Source: Nitrospinaceae bacterium
GTDB taxonomy: Bacteria; Nitrospinota; Nitrospinia; Nitrospinales; VA-1
Length of the DNA stretch: 64,000 bases
Assembly: GCA_021604505.1 (NCBI GenBank)
Contig: BQJC01000004.1
Location: 170,278-234,277, forward strand
Reading direction: 5' to 3'
Part shown: piece after piece, positions 40,566 to 49,120 of the stretch
Numbering within the stretch: position 1 is the first letter of the stretch
Layout of the letters: each line of letters starts with the position of its first letter
The notes under the pieces: model-generated
Seen by the model: the letters and a program-made list of their open reading frames with translations, nothing else
Databases searched by the model: none
What the model was told of the DNA's origin: nothing
Position numbers and translations under genes: made by a program

Positions 40566-42133
40566 TGCGGCGTTTCTTTTTGTTCAGCGTTCTCGCCTTT
40601 CTCCTGAGTGGCATTGCAAATGCGGCTCCCGTAAAGATCCCTCCCCAGCAGGTTGCCAGGGGATATGAACTGGTGGATGACTGGCAAATCCCGGAAGCGG
40701 AAGCCCTCACGAAATCGCTTCTGCAACAGTTTCCCGAATCTGGAGACGTGCAGTTTCTTCACGCCCGATTAGAATTTTTCAAAGGAAATTACGATTACGC
40801 CTGGAAAATATTAAAACGGGTCGAAGCTAAACAGGGGTCCGTTAAGGAATTTAAATCCCTGGTCAACAAAACCCGACAGGCGGCGGCTAAATTCATTTCA
40901 AGAGAATCGGAACATTTCATCTTCCGGTTTGAAAAGGGTCCGGACGAGATTCTGGTGCACTACGCGGAAGAAGTTCTTGAGCGGTCTTACCAGGTGCTAG
41001 GCGAATTGCTGAACTATTTTCCCAAGGAAAAAGTGTTGGTGGAAATTTATCCCAACCGCGAGCCCCTGTCGCGCGTGTCGCCTTTGACCCGGAAAGACAT
41101 CCTCACTTCCGGAACCGTCGCGCTTTGCAAATACAACCGCATCATGCTGATCTCTCCAGCCTCTCTGGTACGGGGCTACCATTGGATGGACACCCTCAGC
41201 CATGAATACACCCACTACCTGTTGACCAAAAAGAGCCGCAACCGGCTTCCCTTGTGGATTCACGAAGGCATCGCAAAACACTTCGAAGGCAAATGGCGGG
41301 AATCGGCGGATTTTTTGAATCCGCTGATGATCACGGTGCTGGCAGAGGGCCTGGCCAACGATTACTTAATCCCTTTGGACGCCATGATGCCGTCCCTGGC
41401 TAAATTAAAAACCCAGGACGACGTTCAACTGGCCTATGCCGAAGTCGCCACCATGGTGGACTTCATGATCCGGGAAAAAGGAACGGTTATTCTTCCAGCG
41501 CTCCTGGACAACCTTGCAGAAGGACAAAATTTTGACAGCGCTCTGGAGGTCCAGTTGGGCATGAACCTCACGACGTTTCAAACCAGGTGGAAACAACACA
41601 TGCAGGAACAGAATTTAAAAACCATTCCCGGACTCAGACCTTTAAAAACCCGGTTCAAATCGGACCGAAGCGCAGAGGATGACAAAAAGGACTACCAGGA
41701 AGTCGGGGCGCAACGGGCGCAAGACCTGACTTTTTTGGGGGACATCTTAAAATCCCGTAACGAATACAAGGCCGCCAACATCGAATACGAAAAAGCTTTT
41801 AAAGAAAGCGGCACAGAGTCGCCGATCCTTTACAACAAACTGGCGGGAACTTACCTGATCCTGCAGGATTACGAGCAGGCGGAATTGAAACTTAAAAAAA
41901 GTTTAGAGCACTTCCCCGACTTTCACACCACCTTGGTGAACCTGGGGGAACTGTGCCTGGAAACCGGACGCACCGACGAGGCGAGAGATTATTTCGAACG
42001 GGCCGTCAAGATCAACCCGTTCAACCCTTTCGTCCACCTGAGACTCATCAAGATTTATGATACCCTGAAGTTGGAAAAAGAAAAAAAATTACAGGAAAAA
42101 TTATACCGTTACTTAGATAGCCGAACCGGCTGA
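40565..42133 (+). CDS. secreted TPR protein with peptidase-MA-like (HExxH) core
   Basis: Signal peptide. SHEYTHYLL...WIHEGIAKHFE (HExxH plus a downstream Glu). TPR repeats at both ends. Start overlaps the upstream stop (TAATG). Confidence 0.7.
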   Translation: MRRFFLFSVLAFLLSGIANAAPVKIPPQQVARGYELVDDWQIPEAEALTKSLLQQFPESGDVQFLHARLEFFKGNYDYAWKILKRVEAKQGSVKEFKSLVNKTRQAAAKFISRESEHFIFRFEKGPDEILVHYAEEVLERSYQVLGELLNYFPKEKVLVEIYPNREPLSRVSPLTRKDILTSGTVALCKYNRIMLISPASLVRGYHWMDTLSHEYTHYLLTKKSRNRLPLWIHEGIAKHFEGKWRESADFLNPLMITVLAEGLANDYLIPLDAMMPSLAKLKTQDDVQLAYAEVATMVDFMIREKGTVILPALLDNLAEGQNFDSALEVQLGMNLTTFQTRWKQHMQEQNLKTIPGLRPLKTRFKSDRSAEDDKKDYQEVGAQRAQDLTFLGDILKSRNEYKAANIEYEKAFKESGTESPILYNKLAGTYLILQDYEQAELKLKKSLEHFPDFHTTLVNLGELCLETGRTDEARDYFERAVKINPFNPFVHLRLIKIYDTLKLEKEKKLQEKLYRYLDSRTG

Positions 42134-42211
42134 AAACACCGCGGACAGAGTTTCGGCACCATGACTCCGGCGAAATACAGGCCGGAAAAACCCTTTACAT
42201 GAAAGTTTTTT

Positions 42212-43201
42212 ATGGAAGATCTGGATCTGGCGAAAGAATTGGTAGACGCCAAAAAAAATGTCATTCAAGAAATTCAAAAAGTGATTGTCGGGCAGGATGA
42301 GGTCATCGAGGATCTATTAGTCGCGTTATTCTCCAAAGGACACTGCCTGTTCGTCGGCGTGCCCGGTCTGGCGAAAACTCTTCTGGTCAGCACCCTGTCC
42401 CAGGTGCTGAGTTTGAATTTCAGCCGCATCCAGTTCACACCCGACCTGATGCCCTCGGACATCACCGGGACGGACATTCTTCATGAAGACCAGGCGACCG
42501 GCAAACGGTCGTTCCGGTTCATCAAAGGCCCGATTTTTGCCAACATCATTCTAGCTGACGAGATCAACCGCACGCCGCCGAAAACCCAGGCCGCCCTGTT
42601 GCAGGCCATGCAGGAATATCAAGTGACGGTCGGCGGCAACACCTACCAGATGGATCAACCCTTTCTGGTGTTCGCCACCCAGAACCCGATCGAGCACGAA
42701 GGGACCTACCCGCTTCCGGAAGCCCAATTGGACCGGTTCATGTTCATCATCAACGTCAGCTACCCCACCAAAGAACAGGAAGTGGAAATCGCGCTTTCCA
42801 CCACCTCCGGTCACAGCCCCGATCTTAATGTGGTGCTGGACGCCAAGCGCGTTCAGGAGTTACAAACCCTGGTCCCGCGCGTCCCCGTCTCCGAACACGT
42901 CGCTCACTATGCGGTGGATCTGGTGCAAAGCACCCGGCCCAACCAGAACGGCAGTTCACCGAGTTACGTCAACGAATGGATCGACTGGGGTGCAGGCCCG
43001 CGCGCCTCGCAATACCTCATCCTCGGAGCCAAAGCCCGCGCCTTGATGGACAACCGCGTCAGCATCACCGTGGAAGACATAAGAAGCGTCGCCCGTCAGG
43101 TTCTGGAGCACCGCATCATCCTCAACTTCAAAGCCGAAGCCGAAAACATCAAACCCGCCGACATCATAGATAAACTGCTGGAGAGCGTAAAGGTGGGGTA
43201 A
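42212..43201 (+). CDS. MoxR-family AAA+ ATPase
   Basis: Walker A GVPGLAKT, Walker B ILADEINRTPPKTQAALLQAMQE, ATQNPIEHEGTYPLPEAQLDRF. Confidence 0.93.
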   Translation: MEDLDLAKELVDAKKNVIQEIQKVIVGQDEVIEDLLVALFSKGHCLFVGVPGLAKTLLVSTLSQVLSLNFSRIQFTPDLMPSDITGTDILHEDQATGKRSFRFIKGPIFANIILADEINRTPPKTQAALLQAMQEYQVTVGGNTYQMDQPFLVFATQNPIEHEGTYPLPEAQLDRFMFIINVSYPTKEQEVEIALSTTSGHSPDLNVVLDAKRVQELQTLVPRVPVSEHVAHYAVDLVQSTRPNQNGSSPSYVNEWIDWGAGPRASQYLILGAKARALMDNRVSITVEDIRSVARQVLEHRIILNFKAEAENIKPADIIDKLLESVKVG

Positions 43202-43271
43202 AAATTGAGTGAAACAGAATTAGTCATTCTGGGTAATTCTTTACAATATTTTACGCGTTCAATTCAAAATA

Positions 43272-43559
43272 TCAAAAACCGTCCGGCCATTTTCTGGACG
43301 TGTGCATGACGGCCAGAATGCAGATTTGTTTCTTTTTGATTGTGTAGGGAAGGATGTAGGGATAGCCCGAAATGACGAGCTCGCGGGTTTTTGCGACCCG
43401 GCCTGTGCGCCCAAGCTCAGGGTTATTCTCAAGGGATTCCGCCGAAGCCTTTATTTTTGTTAAAACCCTGTAAGCGGCGGTGGGATCGTCTTTTGCAATA
43501 TGCCGCCCGATTTCTTTTAAATCTTTTGCCGCCTCTTCAAGCCAAACGACTTCCATCAT
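43272..43559 (-). CDS. type II toxin, RelE/ParE family
   Basis: 95 aa, a ParE-like sequence (AAKDLKEIGRHIAKDDPTAAYRV...ILAVMHTSR). 4-nt ATGA overlap with the upstream antitoxin gene. Confidence 0.8.
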   Translation of the reverse strand: MMEVVWLEEAAKDLKEIGRHIAKDDPTAAYRVLTKIKASAESLENNPELGRTGRVAKTRELVISGYPYILPYTIKKKQICILAVMHTSRKWPDGF

Positions 43560-43801
43560 GGCTTGAAGGAATCAACGATTTTGTCCACCTGATTGCCTTT
43601 TAGAAACTTGCCGCCTTTGTCCGCTTTTTTGAGCCGTTCCGCAATTTTTTTCTCCTGCCAATCGTAAATATCCAAATATTTTTCCACCGCTTCGTTGATG
43701 ATCCAATTTCGTGAGCGATCAAAACTTTTAGCAATATCGTCCAGCTTTTTCTGGTTCTCCGCAGACATTCTGACGGTTACGTTTCCTGCATTTTGAGCCA
43801 T
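43556..43801 (-). CDS. ribbon-helix-helix antitoxin (ParD/CopG-like)
   Basis: VTVRMSAENQKKLDDIAKSFDRSRNWIINEAVEKYL has the RHH pattern. Positioned upstream of the toxin. Confidence 0.75.
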   Translation of the reverse strand: MAQNAGNVTVRMSAENQKKLDDIAKSFDRSRNWIINEAVEKYLDIYDWQEKKIAERLKKADKGGKFLKGNQVDKIVDSFKP

Positions 43802-43923
43802 AAATAATCACTCCGATTGAAAAGTATTCACTTATAATCATAGCAAATATAACCATACCTGCCCAGTGGTTTCCCTTTTTATAGAGTTACGAGGGGGGAT
43901 TAAGAAATTACTCCGAAACCGCT

Positions 43924-44562
43924 CTAAACCTGCTTAACCAAATCAACGGTTTTCCAATCCACTTTCAGTTCTTCGATTTTTCCGGCGCGGGTTTGATATT
44001 TCACGTAACCGTTCTTTTCACCAAATAGAAACAAATCGCGGGTGATGGCCACGTCCTGCTTGCAGTATTCGATGATCTGGTCGATCTTGCCTTCCTTGTA
44101 CCACTGGATGGAGATCAGACCGTCGGCGGATTTTTCGGCGCCCAGGGTGTGCTGCGCCAGGTGATTGAGGGCCAGACGGTGATTGAGGAGTTTTTTGACA
44201 TCGAGGAGCATGTCGAAGGTTTTTATTTTATTGAGGTTGAAGGGGCCATACCCTTCCAGGACCGTGTAATCGAAGCCGATGACATTGAACCCGACCACCA
44301 GATCGGCGGTGTGTAGTTTTTCCGCAAGTTTCTCCGCTTCGTTCTCGTGATAGGTAAAAAACGCCTGGTCCCGGCTGTCCCAGACCACTCCAATGGCGAG
44401 CTTCATCAGCTTGATTTGAACAGGCGACCAACCCCCAACCTCATCCGAACTTTTCTGGGTTTCCAGGTCAAAATACAGGATTCTGGGAGCCTCCCCCGAA
44501 GCCGCCGGTTTTTCAATCGGTGTCTCTTCCGGTTCTGCAAACAAATCAAACTGTTCGGCCAT
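43924..44562 (-). CDS. stand-alone RNase-H-fold 3'-5' exonuclease (PolB-exonuclease-like, DEDDy)
   Basis: ExoI LYFDLET, ExoII VGFNVIGFDYTVL, ExoIII YCKQDV. Confidence 0.65.
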   Translation of the reverse strand: MAEQFDLFAEPEETPIEKPAASGEAPRILYFDLETQKSSDEVGGWSPVQIKLMKLAIGVVWDSRDQAFFTYHENEAEKLAEKLHTADLVVGFNVIGFDYTVLEGYGPFNLNKIKTFDMLLDVKKLLNHRLALNHLAQHTLGAEKSADGLISIQWYKEGKIDQIIEYCKQDVAITRDLFLFGEKNGYVKYQTRAGKIEELKVDWKTVDLVKQV

Positions 44563-44726
44563 TTTTTCCTGAATTTGGGGTTATTGGAGTTGCGTAATTT
44601 AGCATTTCAAACGGGCAAATCAAACTGTTTTCCTTAAAATTTGAGAAAAAAATATTCAAATCCTGTTCAAAATCCCCTCCTTGACTCACAAAAGCATCCT
44701 ATTGATTCTTATAGCTTCGAAACCAT

Positions 44727-44754
44727 TAAAGTTTATAAAAACTGAGGCCGATAA
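44727..44754 (+). promoter_or_regulatory. sigma28 (FliA) promoter
   Basis: TAAA-N16-GCCGATAA, with an exact -10 element. About 55 nt upstream of the fliD ATG. Confidence 0.7.
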
Positions 44755-44808
44755 AGATGTTTGACGGGAGAACTGTCCCTATTTCACGAAAACTCTGGAA
44801 GAATCTTT

Positions 44809-46431
44809 ATGGCCGAATCCTTAATCTCGGGACTCAATTCCAATCTCGATACCAACGATATCGTCAGCAAACTGTTGGCTTTGCAAAGACGGCCCATTGA
44901 TATTCTTGAAGCCAAGGCGGATGCCGAAGCCCAGAAACTGGTCACATTTCAGGAACTGCAATCGAGATTGCAGACCTTCAAAAGCGTTGTCACCACGATC
45001 AACTCCGAGTCCAAATTCCTTTCCACCCAGGGCACGTTTTCCAACAGCAGCAATTCCGACACCAATCAGGTTCTGACCATCGACACCACCAGTCAGGCCG
45101 CTTCCGGAACCTTCTCCCTGACCGTCAACCAACTGGCTCGGGAAAGCAAGCTGGTGTCTCAAGGGTTCAGCGCTTTAACCGACACCGTTCCCCAGGGGAC
45201 CTTAAGCATCACCGTGGGAGGAACGACCACGGAAATCAGCATCAACTCGACCAACAACACGCTGGACGGACTAAGGCTGGCGATCAACAATTCAGGAGCC
45301 GATATTCAGGCCTCGTTTCTGAATGACGGCAGTTCTTCCAACCCTATCCGGCTTTTGGTTTCCGGCACGAAAACCGGAGCGGACAACAGCGTGTCTCTGT
45401 CCATCAAGCAGAATCTGCTTGGCGGCGGCACCCAGGAGGTGTTTTCGTTCACCGAAACCCAGTCTGCCCAGGATGCCAGCTTTACGTTGGACGGGATTGC
45501 GATCACCAAATCCAACAATACGGTGACCGATGTCATCACAGGCGCCACACTCAACCTGCAATCGGCGGGCTCGGGAACCATCACCCTGTCTTCCGATTTG
45601 CCTGCCATTAAAGAAAAAGTCGGAGCTTTTGTCGATGCATATAATGAATTATCGCTATTTCTCGATGAACAACAGTTTCTGGATCCCGACACGTTCTCGA
45701 CCGGCGTTTTGTTCGGCAACTTCACCGTTCAAAACCTGCAGCAAACTCTCAGAAACACATTGAGTAGTGCTGTGCCCGGCGTTTCAGGAACCTTCAGTTC
45801 CCTGTCCCAGGTCGGCATTCGCACCCAGAGTGACGGCAGTTTATTGATAAACGATGCAGATTTCACCGCGGCCCTGACCACCGACATTGGCAGTGTGAGC
45901 AACCTGTTCGCAAGCAAGGGAACGACCACGGACAATAATGTCACCTTCATTGGTTTCACAAAAGAAACCACCGCCGGCTCCTTTGATTTACGGGTTGTAG
46001 GCGGCGTGCCGCAATTGAGTGTGGCCGGGCAAAACCAATACTCCGATGCTGTCGGCTCCGGGAATTTCTTTTCCGGCGCCTTGGGAACCGCCGCTGAAGG
46101 CCTTAATTTCAGGCTCGGTAATCTGGCCGATGGGTCTTACGGAACGATCAACCTGTCCCTGGGAGTTGCTGAAACCATCAACCGGGTGGTCGGCAACCTG
46201 ACCGACAAATCCCTCCAGGGGCCCCTGACGACCGAAATCGACACGTTCACCAACACCATTAAAGATATTGACGATCAAATTCTTTCCCTTGAATCGCGTC
46301 TTGAGGTCTTCGAACAGGACCTCAGAACACGATTCGCCAACCTGGAAGTAACGATTGGGAGACTGAACTCTCAAAAAGACGCGTTCGAAAGCGCCCTGTC
46401 AGGAATTCAAAACCTCACTACTAACAGGTGA
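44809..46431 (+). CDS. fliD: flagellar filament capping protein
   Basis: N-terminal SGLNSNLDTNDIVSKLLALQRRPID and C-terminal heptads (RFANLEVTIGRLNSQ). ATG at 44809 chosen. Confidence 0.92.
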   Translation: MAESLISGLNSNLDTNDIVSKLLALQRRPIDILEAKADAEAQKLVTFQELQSRLQTFKSVVTTINSESKFLSTQGTFSNSSNSDTNQVLTIDTTSQAASGTFSLTVNQLARESKLVSQGFSALTDTVPQGTLSITVGGTTTEISINSTNNTLDGLRLAINNSGADIQASFLNDGSSSNPIRLLVSGTKTGADNSVSLSIKQNLLGGGTQEVFSFTETQSAQDASFTLDGIAITKSNNTVTDVITGATLNLQSAGSGTITLSSDLPAIKEKVGAFVDAYNELSLFLDEQQFLDPDTFSTGVLFGNFTVQNLQQTLRNTLSSAVPGVSGTFSSLSQVGIRTQSDGSLLINDADFTAALTTDIGSVSNLFASKGTTTDNNVTFIGFTKETTAGSFDLRVVGGVPQLSVAGQNQYSDAVGSGNFFSGALGTAAEGLNFRLGNLADGSYGTINLSLGVAETINRVVGNLTDKSLQGPLTTEIDTFTNTIKDIDDQILSLESRLEVFEQDLRTRFANLEVTIGRLNSQKDAFESALSGIQNLTTNR

Positions 46432-46482
46432 AGATCTTAAGTGATTTTTGACCTTTCAAAGAAGTAAAGGAGTTTGTTTAAT

Positions 46483-46908
46483 ATGGTTCCCTCCCGGTAT
46501 CACAATGCATACAAACAAAACGAGATCTCAACCTCCAGCCAGGGCAAACTGATTCTGATGATGTACGAGGGTGCCATCAAGTTCACGAAAATGGCATTGC
46601 AGAGTATGGAACAAGGGGATATAGCCGGAAAAGCCAAATACATCGCAAAAACCCACGACATCGTCAACGAACTCTCCGTTTCCCTGGACTTGAAAAACGG
46701 CGGCGAAGTCACCGCCCGTCTGGAAACCCTGTATCAGTTTATTTTGCGTCAGTTGACCCTGGCCAACATCAAAGCCGACCGGGAAGCCCTCGAATCGATT
46801 TTAAAAGTACTGGAACCCCTGCACGATGCCTGGGTTCAGATTTTTAACAACCAACATACAGATCAGGAAAAAACTCAGGCCTTAAAGAGTATCGCCTCAA
46901 AAGTTTGA
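46483..46908 (+). CDS. fliS: flagellar export chaperone FliS
   Basis: YKQNEISTSSQGKLILMMYEGAIKF...A...I.EL..SLD pattern. AAGGAG lies 10 nt upstream of the ATG at 46483. Confidence 0.9.
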   Translation: MVPSRYHNAYKQNEISTSSQGKLILMMYEGAIKFTKMALQSMEQGDIAGKAKYIAKTHDIVNELSVSLDLKNGGEVTARLETLYQFILRQLTLANIKADREALESILKVLEPLHDAWVQIFNNQHTDQEKTQALKSIASKV

Positions 46909-47066
46909 TCGCGTCCTTAGTTTTCCCACCCGTCTCTCCAAAGAAACAAAGCCAGGCCACCCTAACCCCCGGATTTTCCTCATTATGCTTTGACAACTTC
47001 CGGGACATGTGATAAAAACGGTCTCTTTTTCCCCATACTGAAAACTAAAATTACCGCGACCGATCT

Positions 47067-48227
47067 ATGAAAATTCACGAATATCAGGCCAAAGAAATTC
47101 TCGCCAAATACAATGTCGCCGTTCCCAACGGAATCCTCGTAGACGACGCTTTCGAAGCCAGGAATGCCGCCGCGAAGCTGGGCACGGATGTGGTCGTGGT
47201 CAAAGCCCAGATTCATGCCGGAGGCCGGGGAAAAGGCGGCGGGGTCAAGCTGGCCAAAAGCCCGGAAGAAGCCGAAAAACACGCATCGGATATCCTCGGC
47301 ATGACCCTGGTCACGCATCAGACCGATCCTGAAGGGCGGCTGGTGAAAAAAGTTCTGGTCGAAGAAGGCATGCCCATCGAAAGTGAACTTTATCTGGGCA
47401 TCGTGGTCGACCGGCAAAGCAGCCGCGTTCTCATCATGGCGAGTGAAGAAGGGGGTATGGAAATTGAGGAAGTTGCCGCAGAAACTCCCGAAAAAATATT
47501 CAAGGAAGTGATTGATCCGGTGATCGGAGTCAAACCCTTTCTTGCCCGCAAGATCGCGTTTGCGCTCAATCTTAAAGGCGACCACCTGAAGAAAATGGTT
47601 CCTTTTATCATCAATCTCTACGATTGTTTCGTCAAAGAAGATTTGGACATGCTGGAGATCAACCCGCTGGTCACCACGTCGGACGGTCGGGTGCTGGCGT
47701 TAGACGCCAAAGTGAACATCGACGACAACGCCCTGTACCGCCATAAAGACACTCTGGAATACCGTGACCTCGACGAGGAAGCGCCCCTGGAAGTCGAGGC
47801 TTCCAAGTTTCATCTGAATTACATCAAGCTGGATGGAAACATCGCCTGCATGGTGAACGGCGCTGGGTTGGCGATGGCCACGATGGACATCATCAAACAC
47901 TCCGGCGGCGAACCCGCGAATTTTCTCGATGTCGGCGGCGGAGCCAATGAAGAAATGATCGAAAACGGATTCCGTATTTTACTGTCCGACCCCAATGTCA
48001 AAGCGATTTTCATCAATATATTTGGCGGCATACTGCGTTGCGACATTCTCGCCCGCGGCGTGGTGGCGGCTTCCAAAACTCTCAACATTCAGGTTCCCAT
48101 CGTGGTCCGTATGGAAGGGACCAACATGGAAGAGGGACACGCGATTCTAAAAGAATCGGGCATGAATTTTGTTATCGGAAACGGAATGAAGGACGGCGCC
48201 AGAAAGGTGGTTAAAGCAATCCAATGA
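47067..48227 (+). CDS. sucC: succinate--CoA ligase (ADP-forming) beta subunit
   Basis: [51 protein letters not shown]. Confidence 0.97.
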   Translation: MKIHEYQAKEILAKYNVAVPNGILVDDAFEARNAAAKLGTDVVVVKAQIHAGGRGKGGGVKLAKSPEEAEKHASDILGMTLVTHQTDPEGRLVKKVLVEEGMPIESELYLGIVVDRQSSRVLIMASEEGGMEIEEVAAETPEKIFKEVIDPVIGVKPFLARKIAFALNLKGDHLKKMVPFIINLYDCFVKEDLDMLEINPLVTTSDGRVLALDAKVNIDDNALYRHKDTLEYRDLDEEAPLEVEASKFHLNYIKLDGNIACMVNGAGLAMATMDIIKHSGGEPANFLDVGGGANEEMIENGFRILLSDPNVKAIFINIFGGILRCDILARGVVAASKTLNIQVPIVVRMEGTNMEEGHAILKESGMNFVIGNGMKDGARKVVKAIQ

Positions 48228-49093
48228 GCATACTCGTCGATGAAAACACACGGTTGATCACACAGGGAATCACCGGCCGCGAAGGCCAGTTCCACAGCGA
48301 ACAATGCATGAAATACGGAACCAGCGTCGTGGGCGGCGTCACGCCAGGCAAAGGCGGCCAGACCGTTCTGGATAAAGTGCCCGTCTTCAACACGGTTAAA
48401 GACGCAAGGCAAAAAACCAAAGCCAACGCCACCATGATCTTCGTGCCCCCGGCGTTTGCCGCCGATGCGATTTTAGAAGCCGCCGACGCAGGCATCGAAC
48501 TTATTATTTGTATTGCCGAAGGAATCCCGACCAGCGACATGATCGAAGTCCATCGTTATCTGCAAAATTCCGATTCCCGTCTTGTGGGTCCCAACTGCCC
48601 CGGAGTGATTTCTCCCGGTAAAGCCAAGATCGGCATCATGCCCGCGCACATTCACAAAAAGGGCAACGTCGGCATCATCTCCAGAAGCGGAACCCTGACC
48701 TACGAATGCGTGGGGCAGTTGACCGCACTCGGCATCGGCCAGTCCACCTGCGTGGGCATCGGCGGCGACCCGATCATTGGAACCACGTTCATCGACGCTC
48801 TGGCCTTATTCAATAAAGACCGCGGCACCAAAGCCATCTGCATGATCGGCGAAATCGGCGGGTCGGCGGAAGACGAAGCGGCTTACTTCATCAAAAAGAA
48901 TGTCAAAAAACCCGTGGTCGGGTTCATCGCAGGGCAGACCGCGCCTCCCGGACGGCGCATGGGACATGCAGGCGCAATCATCTCCGGCGGCCAGGGAACC
49001 GCTGAAGAAAAAATGAAGATCATGAAGAAATGCGGCATCAAAGTGGTTAAAAGCCCCGCTGATTTGGGCAAAACCATCCAGAAGGTTTTGTAA
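48224..49093 (+). CDS. sucD: succinate--CoA ligase alpha subunit
   Basis: [32 protein letters not shown] (phosphohistidine loop). 4-nt overlap with sucC. Confidence 0.97.
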   Translation: MSILVDENTRLITQGITGREGQFHSEQCMKYGTSVVGGVTPGKGGQTVLDKVPVFNTVKDARQKTKANATMIFVPPAFAADAILEAADAGIELIICIAEGIPTSDMIEVHRYLQNSDSRLVGPNCPGVISPGKAKIGIMPAHIHKKGNVGIISRSGTLTYECVGQLTALGIGQSTCVGIGGDPIIGTTFIDALALFNKDRGTKAICMIGEIGGSAEDEAAYFIKKNVKKPVVGFIAGQTAPPGRRMGHAGAIISGGQGTAEEKMKIMKKCGIKVVKSPADLGKTIQKVL

Positions 49094-49120
49094 AAAAGTC
49101 CTCCTACCTACTCTTGGCTA

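Noticed and set aside
46990-47018. TTGACA-N17-TAAAAA as the sucC promoter
   Set aside because: The -35 element is perfect but the -10 is poor, and an alternative GATAAA register exists. It cannot be supported without TSS data.
46983-47585. 200-aa ORF antisense to the sucC 5' region
   Set aside because: It overlaps the sucC promoter and N-terminus, and the sucC identity is unambiguous.
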